From the NCBI GenBank assembly GCA_964475835.1, contig CAYYYL010000012.1, positions 14,201-78,200 of the forward strand: DNA of 64,000 nucleotides, in the 5' to 3' direction. Below, piece by piece: positions 34,163 through 43,157 of the stretch. Positions within the stretch are counted from its first letter, which is position 1, and each line of letters opens with the position of its first letter. The position numbers were made by a program, and so were the translations under genes. Origin of the DNA: an uncultured Verrucomicrobiota bacterium (GTDB lineage Bacteria > Verrucomicrobiota > Verrucomicrobiia > JABWAM01). Under the pieces are notes generated by a model. It did not search any database and was not told where the DNA came from. It was given only the letters and a program-made list of their open reading frames with translations.

Positions 34163-35566
34163 ATGAAACTCACCATTCACGGCGCGGCGCGAACGACTAC
34201 CGGATCGATGTATCTCCTTGAAGCGTGTGGAAAACGCATTCTTTTCGAGTGTGGATTTTTCCAGGGAAAACGAAAGGAGTCGATGGACCGGAATCGAGAC
34301 TTCCCCTTTGCACCCTCTCAAATTGATGTGATGCTGCTTTCCCACGCCCACATTGATCACAGCGGAAACATTCCCAATTTAGTGCGCAAGGGCTTTCAGG
34401 GGCCGATTTTCTGCAACCACGCCACGCGTGACCTCGCCACGCTCATGCTTGAGGACAGCGCCCATATTCAGGAGTCCGATTGCGCGTTCATTAACCGTCG
34501 TAACGAAAAACTCGGAAAGAAAAACATTCCCCCAGCGGAACCCCTCTACACGCGCCTCGATGCGCAGAAGGCCGCCAAGCAATTCATGTCCGTCGCCTAC
34601 GATCATTCCTTCGACATCGCGGAGGGAGTCACTGTCACCTTCTGCGACGCGGGTCACATCCTGGGTTCCTCCGAAATCATCTTTGACCTGCGGGAAAACG
34701 GACGTCACGTACGTCTGGTCTTCAGTGGGGATCTTGGCCGGGGTAACAACGATATCCTGCGGGATCCCACACCATTCGAGGACGCCGATGTCCTGATCAT
34801 GGAATCCACCTATGGGGGGCGGCTCCACGAACCCCAGGATCAGGCCAACACCCGTCTGGGTGAGATCATCAACCGGGCTCTGCAACGCGGAGGCAAGGTA
34901 ATCATCCCGGCATTCTCCGTGGGGCGCACCCAGCAACTCGTCCACTCCCTGCACGATCTGACCGAGCAGAAGATCCTTCCGAAGATTCCCGTTTTTGTCG
35001 ACAGTCCACTCTCTATCAACGCCACCGAGGTGTTCCGCCTCCATCCGGAATGCTTCAACCAGGCAACCTACGAGATGCTTCGTCACCACGAAAACCCCTT
35101 CGGGCTCCGACATCTCACGTATATCCGCAGCTCCGATGAATCCAAACAACTCAATGGCCGCCAGGAACCGTGCATCATCATCGCCGCATCGGGGATGTGC
35201 GAGGCCGGTCGGATCCGGCATCATCTGCGCAACAATATTTCAGATCCCCGCAACACCGTATTGATGGTGGGATTTTGCGCCCCCAACACGCTTGGCCGGG
35301 CCCTATACGAACGACATCCCAAGGTCGCCATCTTCGGCGAGGAATACGATGTGCGGTGCCAGATCGAATCCATTGATGCCTTCAGCGCCCACGCCGATCG
35401 AAATGAGCTTCTCGGCATCCTCAAACAGAGCACAGGCACGTTTCAAAAAATTCTTTTTACTCACGGTCAGGAGGATCAGTCGGAAGCCATCGCCGCCACG
35501 GTGAGGGAGATGCACCCTCACTCCCAGGTTGTCATTCCGAGTCTTCACGATAGTATTGATCTGTAA
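34163..35566 (+). CDS. MBL-fold beta-CASP family ribonuclease/hydrolase
   Basis: LLSHAHIDHSGNIP (HxHxDH), DAGHILGS, ESTYGG, beta-CASP-like IIPAFSVGRTQ and C-terminal FSAHAD...THGQ. Confidence 0.85.
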   Translation: MKLTIHGAARTTTGSMYLLEACGKRILFECGFFQGKRKESMDRNRDFPFAPSQIDVMLLSHAHIDHSGNIPNLVRKGFQGPIFCNHATRDLATLMLEDSAHIQESDCAFINRRNEKLGKKNIPPAEPLYTRLDAQKAAKQFMSVAYDHSFDIAEGVTVTFCDAGHILGSSEIIFDLRENGRHVRLVFSGDLGRGNNDILRDPTPFEDADVLIMESTYGGRLHEPQDQANTRLGEIINRALQRGGKVIIPAFSVGRTQQLVHSLHDLTEQKILPKIPVFVDSPLSINATEVFRLHPECFNQATYEMLRHHENPFGLRHLTYIRSSDESKQLNGRQEPCIIIAASGMCEAGRIRHHLRNNISDPRNTVLMVGFCAPNTLGRALYERHPKVAIFGEEYDVRCQIESIDAFSAHADRNELLGILKQSTGTFQKILFTHGQEDQSEAIAATVREMHPHSQVVIPSLHDSIDL

Positions 35567-35576
35567 CCCCGCCCGC

Positions 35577-36731
35577 ATGGATCTTTTTGCCGACATCGTT
35601 CAACCCCAGAAGCCCCCGGAACCCCCTAAGTCCGGCTCCACCGATACTTCGCCCTCCCACGAGCCCTCGAACAAGACAGGGACTTCTCTTTCTCCCAATC
35701 CTCCCCTCTTTTTCTCGAATCCCTTCGAACCCGATTCCCGTTACTGGCGTCGGGTGTTTGCCGCCTTCGTCATTTCCGTTCTCCTCAACCTGCTCCTTTT
35801 CTGGATGGCCACGATGGCGCAACAGCTCCATGGGTTCTCATTCAAGGCCCATCCCCTGCCAAAGAAAGAGATCACCGAACTGGTCCTACTTCCACAACCA
35901 CCCCCTCAAAAAGCAGTTCGTCGATCCCCGGTATTTCTGGAAACAGATCCCAGTCAGGCCGTCAAAGATCGGCCCCAGGACGCCCCTTTCTACTCAGAAC
36001 ACAATACCCGTGCCACCCAGACCGCGTCATCCCCGGTGATTTCCGACGAACTTCCCAAAATGGATGGCAAAAACACCAAAACCATGGCGACGGAAACCGT
36101 TCTCCCCAGCAAATCCAGCCCACCACCCTCCCCGGCAACACCCGATACCCCCAAAACCCCAACCGAGACCGCCACCTCCCAGCCTCAAACGCAGCCCAGG
36201 GATCCAGTCGATACCCCCCCAGCAGGAGACCTCGCTCTTCTTAAAAAGCCAAAGGATCGCCCGTTCCCCCGAACGGAATCCCCCACGGAAAACACCCACC
36301 CCAACCCCCAACCTCCCTCCCACGCGCCGCCGACACCCCCCGCTCCCGATTCCAGTCGTCAGGTTCTGGCGTCCCAGACCAAAATCGCAGGTGGTGTCCC
36401 TCTCGTCGGCAAAGCATACGCGTTCAACTCAGCTGAGTCCCCTTTCGCCGGCTATGACAAAAAAATCATCGGCAAGATCGGCACCTATTGGCAATACCAG
36501 GTGATGAACAAGTTTTACGGGGAAAAAATCGGAGAAGTGGAGATCTCCTTCAAACTCATGGCCGATGGACGGGTCACCGAAGTCCAGGTCTCACGGAACA
36601 CGGCCGGCCCGGTGCTCGCGGGGTGGTGCCTCCAGGCCATTCAGAAATCAGCCCCGTTTGATCCCTTCCCGGAGTCGATGAAAGCCATTGCCGGGGAATT
36701 CCGTGAGGGTGCCATCACATTCGCGTACTAA
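35577..36731 (+). CDS. TonB-like energy transducer (Pro-rich periplasmic linker, TonB_C-like end)
   Basis: Start guess MDLFADIV (35577). One TM (VFAAFVISVLLNLLLFW), a long Pro-rich region, and C-terminus GEVEISFKLMADGRVTEVQVSRNTAGPVLAGWCLQAIQKSAPFDPFP. Confidence 0.65.
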   Translation: MDLFADIVQPQKPPEPPKSGSTDTSPSHEPSNKTGTSLSPNPPLFFSNPFEPDSRYWRRVFAAFVISVLLNLLLFWMATMAQQLHGFSFKAHPLPKKEITELVLLPQPPPQKAVRRSPVFLETDPSQAVKDRPQDAPFYSEHNTRATQTASSPVISDELPKMDGKNTKTMATETVLPSKSSPPPSPATPDTPKTPTETATSQPQTQPRDPVDTPPAGDLALLKKPKDRPFPRTESPTENTHPNPQPPSHAPPTPPAPDSSRQVLASQTKIAGGVPLVGKAYAFNSAESPFAGYDKKIIGKIGTYWQYQVMNKFYGEKIGEVEISFKLMADGRVTEVQVSRNTAGPVLAGWCLQAIQKSAPFDPFPESMKAIAGEFREGAITFAY

Positions 36732-36747
36732 ACCATGTCCGCGGAAT

Positions 36748-38379
36748 TCAGACCTCTTTTTTGAAAACGACCGACTTTGCACGCGACGGCGGCAACGGCC
36801 GGGCCACCCGTCCATGAGGTTCCGGAGGCGGACTATCCGTCAAAGGTTCGTCCAGCTCCACCTTGCCCTTGGTCGCCCTGCGCATCTCCTTGGTCTGTTT
36901 TTGACCAAGACCAAAAAAGTTGAAATCCTTCAAGTGCCCTAGCACACGCATTCCCCCCCGCACGAGATATTTCACATCCTCCACGTTTCGAACGGATGAA
37001 ATCTGATTCCAGATAAACCGGGGCGTAAGGAAACTGTTGTAGATGCCACGCGTCATATCAAGAAGCTCCTCGTCCGGAATCGGGCACTTCATGATCGGAT
37101 CGCGCATGCCATAATCATCCCAATCCTCGGTTCGAAGCAATCCCTGCTCCTTGCACTCCTTGAAAAGTGGCGTCCCCGGATACGGCATGCAAATCGTCGC
37201 CTGCAGCGTATCGATGTAGCCCTTGTCAAACAGGCTGCGCGTCCGATCAATCGTTCGCTGGGCATCCTCCTTCGACTCCCAGGGATATCCCACCATGCAT
37301 GTGACGTGGGGCATTAACCCACCTTCCTTCGCCCAGCGCATCGATTCCTCCAACTTGTCCGCCTGTCCCAGCTTGTGAAGCCGGTCCAGGGTGGACTGAT
37401 TCGCCGATTCGAGTCCGAAAAGCATAAACCGGAAATTCGCCCTCCCCATCAAATTGTAATCCTCCTGGGAAAGAACTCCCGGGATCATGTTGCATCCCAA
37501 CGTGATTTTCTTGTGGTACCCACGCTTGATCACCTCGGTGCAAAACTCCTTCAGCCAGCCTCCCGCAGGGAAGGTTCCTGTGTCATCAAACACTTCGCGC
37601 ACACCGAGATCAATCAAGTGTCCGATTTCATCCGCATGCTGTTGGGCGGTTCGACAGCGAAAATTGGTGAAGGTCGTCGTCCAGGAGCAAAAGGTGCAGC
37701 GTCCCCACCAGCAATCACGCCCAACCATCGTGTAGGTGCCGGGGAGATATTTGAAATTTCCATTCTCCTTCGCGTAAAGATGCCACTTCGTCAGCTCACG
37801 ATCGATCATCGGCAGAACGTCGAGACCGTGCTTCAATTCAAAACGTCCCGTGGAAAGAATCTTGTCAGTATCATCACGCTTCCCATCCCGCCAATAATAG
37901 ACCCCAGGCTCGAGGTCGACGCCCTTGTCCAGATGCGCACAAAGGTTCTGCAGGGCAAAATCAAAGTCGCCGCCCGTGATGCAGTAGTCCACCAGGCAGT
38001 TACGCAAGGATTCCTCCGGCAAAGCGGTGATGTGATCCCCCATCAACACATAGGTGGTCTCCGGATAAAGCGATTTCAACTTGTCGATGTACTTCCAATA
38101 GCGTTTCACGACAGGCGTTTTCACTTCAATCGCGAGCACATCGGGCCGGATCTGCCCAAAACGCCTGTCCCAATCCTCAACTCCATCGAGCTGGGCGACT
38201 CCATCCTCCCAATAAACATCATGCCCCGACTGCTTCAGGAGCGTCGCCGCATACGCCGGAACACATGGATAGATGAACGTCGGCTTGTTGAACCACTGAA
38301 ACTGGCGGTTTTGCGAAATCAACGGCACCCCTTTTTTGTCGGGGAGCGGCGGATAGGCGATCATGACTTTCAGGGGCAT
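36748..38379 (-). CDS. B12-binding-domain radical SAM protein
   Basis: The N-terminal Rossmann-like region (VMIAYPP...AATLLKQSGHDVYWED, LMGDHITALPEE) is B12-binding-like. The cluster motif is GRDCWWGRCTFCSW (CX4CX2C as read). Downstream, a radical SAM core pattern (GVREVFDDTGTF, MLFGLESAN). Confidence 0.8.
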   Translation of the reverse strand: MPLKVMIAYPPLPDKKGVPLISQNRQFQWFNKPTFIYPCVPAYAATLLKQSGHDVYWEDGVAQLDGVEDWDRRFGQIRPDVLAIEVKTPVVKRYWKYIDKLKSLYPETTYVLMGDHITALPEESLRNCLVDYCITGGDFDFALQNLCAHLDKGVDLEPGVYYWRDGKRDDTDKILSTGRFELKHGLDVLPMIDRELTKWHLYAKENGNFKYLPGTYTMVGRDCWWGRCTFCSWTTTFTNFRCRTAQQHADEIGHLIDLGVREVFDDTGTFPAGGWLKEFCTEVIKRGYHKKITLGCNMIPGVLSQEDYNLMGRANFRFMLFGLESANQSTLDRLHKLGQADKLEESMRWAKEGGLMPHVTCMVGYPWESKEDAQRTIDRTRSLFDKGYIDTLQATICMPYPGTPLFKECKEQGLLRTEDWDDYGMRDPIMKCPIPDEELLDMTRGIYNSFLTPRFIWNQISSVRNVEDVKYLVRGGMRVLGHLKDFNFFGLGQKQTKEMRRATKGKVELDEPLTDSPPPEPHGRVARPLPPSRAKSVVFKKEV

Positions 38380-38391
38380 TCCATGTCCAAT

Positions 38392-39342
38392 CTAGGAGGT
38401 TTCCTCGGGGAGACGAGCGGAGATCAACCCTCGCAGGAAAGAGATACCATACACCACATGACTTAGAAAAGCCACTCCCAGGGCGGGAATCACAATCCAT
38501 AAGGGCCTGCCGACGAGACTCGCCGTGAGAAGGGTTCCATAAAGCGCGAAAAGCACGGCCAGCACGATGGCCGCCCCCGAACACCCCCACCCCACCATCA
38601 TCAAAAGCACCCCACCCGCCAGCACGGCAAGCGAGGGCACGAAATACACCAGTCTCCGCGACGTCTCCGGGTACCTTTTCACAAAATACCCACGATGCAA
38701 ACCGTAGTTACCCAACTGGATGAAGTGTTTCTTCAACGACGGGCGACGATGGTGATCAATCACGGCCTCCGGCTCGTAACAGATGCGGTATCCCTGTTTC
38801 ACCAGCGAGAGGCAAAACTCGGTGTCCTCCCCCGGCCAGAAGTCCGTTCGAAATCCACCCACCTGCTCAAAAGCCGAGCGACGGACGATGAGATTGCAGC
38901 TCGGGAAATCCATGACATCCCGGGCAACACCCGGACGGTAACGATAAAACTCCGTTCCCGAAATCATCCACGACTCGTACACCACTCCACCCACCTGGGC
39001 CCAATATGGATCATCCCTGGGAGTGATGGAGGGCCCCCCCACCGCCGCCACATTTGCAGATTCGAACGGTTTCAGGGCCGCCGACAACCAGCCGGGGCTC
39101 GGCCTTGTATCATCGTCAATAAACGCCACGATGTCTCCATGGCTGATTTCCACCCCGCGATTGCGTTTTCGCGCTGGCGAAACCACCCCCGTCACCTCCA
39201 CCACAATGCGCGAATCATGCCACGGGAGCGGCGCGTCCGGAAGGACGATCACCTCAATTTCCTTTCCCTGAAGAAAACATGCATCTATGCAGGCCTTCAA
39301 ATAGCCCTGATCCCGCCGCAGTGGAATGATGATGCTGATCAT
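38392..39342 (-). CDS. family 2 glycosyltransferase with C-terminal transmembrane helices
   Basis: Start at MISIIIPL (39342). IVAFIDDDTRP (DxD), WPGEDTEFCLSL and the HHRRP region match GT2. The C-terminal hydrophobic helices are VYFVPSLAVLAGGVLLMMVGW, IVLAVLFALYGTLL and WIVIPALGVAFLSHVVYGISF. Confidence 0.8.
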   Translation of the reverse strand: MISIIIPLRRDQGYLKACIDACFLQGKEIEVIVLPDAPLPWHDSRIVVEVTGVVSPARKRNRGVEISHGDIVAFIDDDTRPSPGWLSAALKPFESANVAAVGGPSITPRDDPYWAQVGGVVYESWMISGTEFYRYRPGVARDVMDFPSCNLIVRRSAFEQVGGFRTDFWPGEDTEFCLSLVKQGYRICYEPEAVIDHHRRPSLKKHFIQLGNYGLHRGYFVKRYPETSRRLVYFVPSLAVLAGGVLLMMVGWGCSGAAIVLAVLFALYGTLLTASLVGRPLWIVIPALGVAFLSHVVYGISFLRGLISARLPEETS

Positions 39343-39353
39343 AGGTGTGCATC

Positions 39354-41231
39354 TCACTTTAGAAAACGCATCAACACGTACAAAGCCCAAAAACACGACC
39401 AGTGGGCCCGTCTGCTTTCATAATCCCTCTTCCAAATCTTCAACCGGGTGCGATCCAAAAACCGGGTCCACACTCCGCCCTCCTCCAGGCGACGGTCAAA
39501 ATCATGACTCACCCTGCCACGCAGCCACTCCTCCCATGGAAACACAAAGCCCTGCTTCGGACGGCACACCACATCCCCGGGGAGGGGCCGTTTCAATCCC
39601 TGTCGAAGGAGCCATTTCGGCCAGCCATCCCCCTTTACCGGATGAGCCAGCCCACGAAAGGCCGCCCGGGCCACCTCCACATCAACCAACGGCGTCCGAA
39701 CCTCCAGACCGTGAGCCATCGACATCACATCGGTGTCCCGCAACAACTGATTGCCCATGTACCGGGTGAATTCCAGCCCTCCCACTTTCACTTCATCCGT
39801 CAGGGCCTTGTCCAACACCCAGGCCGTCTCATCCAAAAAGCGCACCTGGGCCTCATGGGCATGGATCTTCATTTCAGGCGTGAAAAGCTCCTCCAGGTGT
39901 TCCCCCGCAAAAAGACCGCGGCACGCGAGCCAGCCACTTCTCAAATCGGGTGGCCCGGTTCGGAATATTTCGGCGATCCGGTTGCGGGCTGAATTGGGGC
40001 CGCGCGCCCGAAGCAGCATCGCAGCCGTCCCACGCCCGACACATCCACCTCGCGACGCCATACGAATCATATGGGCGAGCTGAGGGATGCGTTGGAATGT
40101 GTAGTAACCAGCAAAAAGCTCATCGCCACCCACCCCGGATAAAGCAACCGTCAATCCCGCCCGCCGTGCCGCCTTTGAAACCATGAAGGTGTTGAACCCA
40201 TCAATGCTCGGAAGGTCCAGGTGCTGAAAAAAAAGGTCGAGATCCCTCTCAAACTCCGTCTGATCGAGCTTCACCTCGGTGTGAACCGTCTGGTAAATCC
40301 CTGCGGTCTGAAGGGCATAGGCGCTTTCGTCCAACGAATGCCCGGGCAATCCCACCGAAACGGTGTGAACCCGCTGCGACGTCACCTCGGACGCCAGGCC
40401 AGCAAGGGTCCCACTATCGATGCCGCCACTCAAAAAAACTCCAATCGGCACATCGCTGGCGAGGTGCTTTGACACCGAATCCCGCAGAATCCCCCCCATC
40501 TCTTCGGGCGAAATCATGGAGGCTCCGGCAGTTTGTGCACAAAACCGGGGAATGAGCGGGTCCCATTCGGAAACCAAGGTTCCCTTGTGACGTCGGATCA
40601 CCTCCCCAGGGCGTAAGGCCCGCACTCGTGAATCCAACGTCCGGGGTGAGGGAATCGAACCCAAAAGCAGGAAATCGGCGATGCCAGAGGGGTCGACCGC
40701 CACTTTCGAATGCAATCCGGCGAATGCGCGCACCTCAGAGGCAAAGGCAAACCAGTCTTCATCCTCGTAAACATAAAGCGGTTTGATCCCCATGGGATCA
40801 CGCGCCAACTCCAACCCTCCTGATTTCAAATCAACCACCACCGCGGCGTACATCCCCCGCAATCTTCCCCAGGCAGAAGCACCAAATTCCTCCATCGCAT
40901 GAAGGACCGTCTCTGAATCGGAATGGGATACGTAACGGTGCCCCAACCTCCCGAGTTCCGCGCGGAGTTCCGGATGATTGTAGATCTCTCCATTCACCAT
41001 CACGACACGGGTTCGATCCTCATTGAACATTGGCTGACGCGCCGCAGGGGAAAGATCGAGAATCGAGAGGCGACAATGCCCCAGCGCCAGTCCATGGACC
41101 TTCTCGAGATGCATGCCTTCATCATCCGGTCCGCGATGGCGCATCGCCCGCATCATCCCGCGACAAAGACGCTCGATCTCCTCGATGGGAACACGCGCGC
41201 GTTTCGACTGAATCCCACAAATGGCACACAT
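39354..41231 (-). CDS. asparagine synthase (glutamine-hydrolysing) family amidotransferase
   Basis: N-terminal nucleophile MC-AICG, HRGPDD, GHCRLSILD, NGEIYNH, SDSETVL, and PP-loop FLSGGIDS. Confidence 0.9.
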   Translation of the reverse strand: MCAICGIQSKRARVPIEEIERLCRGMMRAMRHRGPDDEGMHLEKVHGLALGHCRLSILDLSPAARQPMFNEDRTRVVMVNGEIYNHPELRAELGRLGHRYVSHSDSETVLHAMEEFGASAWGRLRGMYAAVVVDLKSGGLELARDPMGIKPLYVYEDEDWFAFASEVRAFAGLHSKVAVDPSGIADFLLLGSIPSPRTLDSRVRALRPGEVIRRHKGTLVSEWDPLIPRFCAQTAGASMISPEEMGGILRDSVSKHLASDVPIGVFLSGGIDSGTLAGLASEVTSQRVHTVSVGLPGHSLDESAYALQTAGIYQTVHTEVKLDQTEFERDLDLFFQHLDLPSIDGFNTFMVSKAARRAGLTVALSGVGGDELFAGYYTFQRIPQLAHMIRMASRGGCVGRGTAAMLLRARGPNSARNRIAEIFRTGPPDLRSGWLACRGLFAGEHLEELFTPEMKIHAHEAQVRFLDETAWVLDKALTDEVKVGGLEFTRYMGNQLLRDTDVMSMAHGLEVRTPLVDVEVARAAFRGLAHPVKGDGWPKWLLRQGLKRPLPGDVVCRPKQGFVFPWEEWLRGRVSHDFDRRLEEGGVWTRFLDRTRLKIWKRDYESRRAHWSCFWALYVLMRFLK

Positions 41232-41235
41232 AAGC

Positions 41236-42957
41236 CTACAAACGCCTCACTTCATGGTGTTCCATAAAAAGAACATCCATGTTCGCCTGAAGAAAACATT
41301 GGATCGCATCCTCGGGAGTGCACACCATGGGTTCGCTGTCGTTGAATGAGGTGTTGATGATCAAGCCGGTTCCTGTGAGTTTTTTGAATTCGGAAATCAA
41401 TTCATAATAAACCGGATTCTGCTCCCGATGGACAGTCTGGAGACGTCCCGTCCCGTCCACATGCAACGCGCCAGGGATTTTTGAAATCTGATCGGATCGC
41501 GCTTTGAAAACGAGCAGCATGAAAGGGGAAACATCCCCCCGCTCAAAAAAATCAGCCACATCCTCCCCGAGCACCGACGGCGCAAAGGGCCGGAAGGATT
41601 CCCGATGCTTGACCCTTGCATTGAGAATTTCCTTCACCCCTGCCCTGCGGGGATCCGCCAGAATGCTCCGATTTCCAAGGGCCCGGGGTCCGAATTCCAT
41701 CCTTCCCTGAAACCAACCCACCACACTTCCCTCCGCGATGCATCGTGCCGCATCCCGCTCGGGATGGTCCACCCGGCGGACTTTCAGATTTTTCCCAAGC
41801 AGGGCTTTCAGTATCTCCTCCTCCCCAAATGAAGGCCCCCATGACGCATGCTTCATTTCGAAGGAACGCTTTTTGCCACATAATTGATGTTGAACATAAA
41901 ACGCCGCACCCAGGGCCGTTCCATCGTCTCCTGCCGCGGGTTGAATGTAGAGTTGTTTGAAGGGAGTCTCCGGGGAGATGCGCCTGTTGACGACACTGTT
42001 CAGAGCCACGCCACCGGCATAACAAAGTCGTGTTTCACCCGTAAGATCTGCAAGATGCCCCGCGAGTTTCAAAACCACCTCCTCCAGATGCGCCTGCATG
42101 GAAGCCGCCACATCGAGAAATCGGACATCCAGCGGTTCATCGATTTTTCGGGGTGGCCCCAGCAACCGGATCAGTTTGTCGCTGTAAAGTTCCCCCACCA
42201 TCGGAGATCCCTCGCTCCAGGTCATCGCCACGCCGCGGGTATGATGCGTGAAATAATCCAATCCCAGACGAATCAATCCATCGGGATCAAACCCCATCAA
42301 CCTGCGCATTTCCTCCATGCGGGTGGGCTTTCCGAGAGAGGCGAGCGCCATCACCTTGCCCTCATCTCCATAGTGGGGAAATCCGAGAAATTGCGTCAGG
42401 GCTGTGTAAAAAATCCCCAGGGAATGGGGAAAGTGGATTCGTTGCAGGACACGGATACGACTTCCCTCCCCCATCCCAATCAATCCGCTGCAAAAATCCC
42501 CGAATCCATCGAGGGTAAGGATGGCGCTGCGCTCAAAAGGTGAGACAAAAAAAGCACTGGCCGCATGGGCGAGATGATGTTCCACGTTATGAAGCCGCAC
42601 ATGTGCTGGCAATCCTCCCGGGTGAAGCTCCTCAAAACGAGCGCGCACAGAGCTCACGGCAAGGGTGCTCCCGGCGGACTTCCAGGTATTCCTTCGCAAC
42701 CAGAGTCCGGAGAGCAGAACATGCCGGAGTTTGCTGGAGAGATTCGCCCATGGTTTGCGGGACACCGCCACATGATCAAGATCGCCCAACCCGATCCCCG
42801 CTTCGTGAAGGCAATAGCCCACCGCATGCCTCGGAAATCCTGCGCAATGTTTGTGACGATTGAAGCGCTCCTCCGCCGCAGCGGCAACCAGCCGGCCATC
42901 CACCAGCAATGCCGCCGCCGCATCGCCATGATATGCGTTCAAACCCAGAATCTTCAT
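41236..42957 (-). CDS. carbamoyltransferase (NodU/CmcH family)
   Basis: MKILGLNAYHGDAAAALLVDGRLVAAAAEERFNRHKHCAGFP, NVEHHLAHAASAF, AGGVALNSV and the C-terminal NTSFN region are typical of NodU/CmcH carbamoyltransferases. Confidence 0.9.
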   Translation of the reverse strand: MKILGLNAYHGDAAAALLVDGRLVAAAAEERFNRHKHCAGFPRHAVGYCLHEAGIGLGDLDHVAVSRKPWANLSSKLRHVLLSGLWLRRNTWKSAGSTLAVSSVRARFEELHPGGLPAHVRLHNVEHHLAHAASAFFVSPFERSAILTLDGFGDFCSGLIGMGEGSRIRVLQRIHFPHSLGIFYTALTQFLGFPHYGDEGKVMALASLGKPTRMEEMRRLMGFDPDGLIRLGLDYFTHHTRGVAMTWSEGSPMVGELYSDKLIRLLGPPRKIDEPLDVRFLDVAASMQAHLEEVVLKLAGHLADLTGETRLCYAGGVALNSVVNRRISPETPFKQLYIQPAAGDDGTALGAAFYVQHQLCGKKRSFEMKHASWGPSFGEEEILKALLGKNLKVRRVDHPERDAARCIAEGSVVGWFQGRMEFGPRALGNRSILADPRRAGVKEILNARVKHRESFRPFAPSVLGEDVADFFERGDVSPFMLLVFKARSDQISKIPGALHVDGTGRLQTVHREQNPVYYELISEFKKLTGTGLIINTSFNDSEPMVCTPEDAIQCFLQANMDVLFMEHHEVRRL

Positions 42958-43021
42958 CGAATGAAGTCAGACGTACAGGATTCCCTGCCGCGTGTGAAAT
43001 AGATTCATTGATAGAGGATGT

Positions 43022-43102
43022 TGTAGCGACCCCCGATGAGCGCCGACCGGCAATCACTCGCCTCGCCGAAGCCTCCGGCGTAGCGCGGGTAGACCGCCGC
43101 TG
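43022..43102 (+). repeat. 81-nt GC-rich structured dispersed element, copy 1
   Basis: 72 of 81 positions are identical to 62603..62683 in the same orientation by manual alignment. The last 49 nt differ at one position. Confidence 0.85.
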
Positions 43103-43157
43103 AAAAACAGATCCTCGACAACCCTTCCCAAAATGAGCTCTGATGAAATGAAATCCC

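Noticed and set aside
37375-38466. 363-aa plus-strand ORF opposite the radical SAM gene (similar cases: 38695..39423, 39402..39992, 41884..42543, 42565..43002)
   Set aside because: These lie antisense to the well-supported rSAM, GT2, AsnB and carbamoyltransferase genes. Their composition is Arg/Pro/His-rich and featureless.
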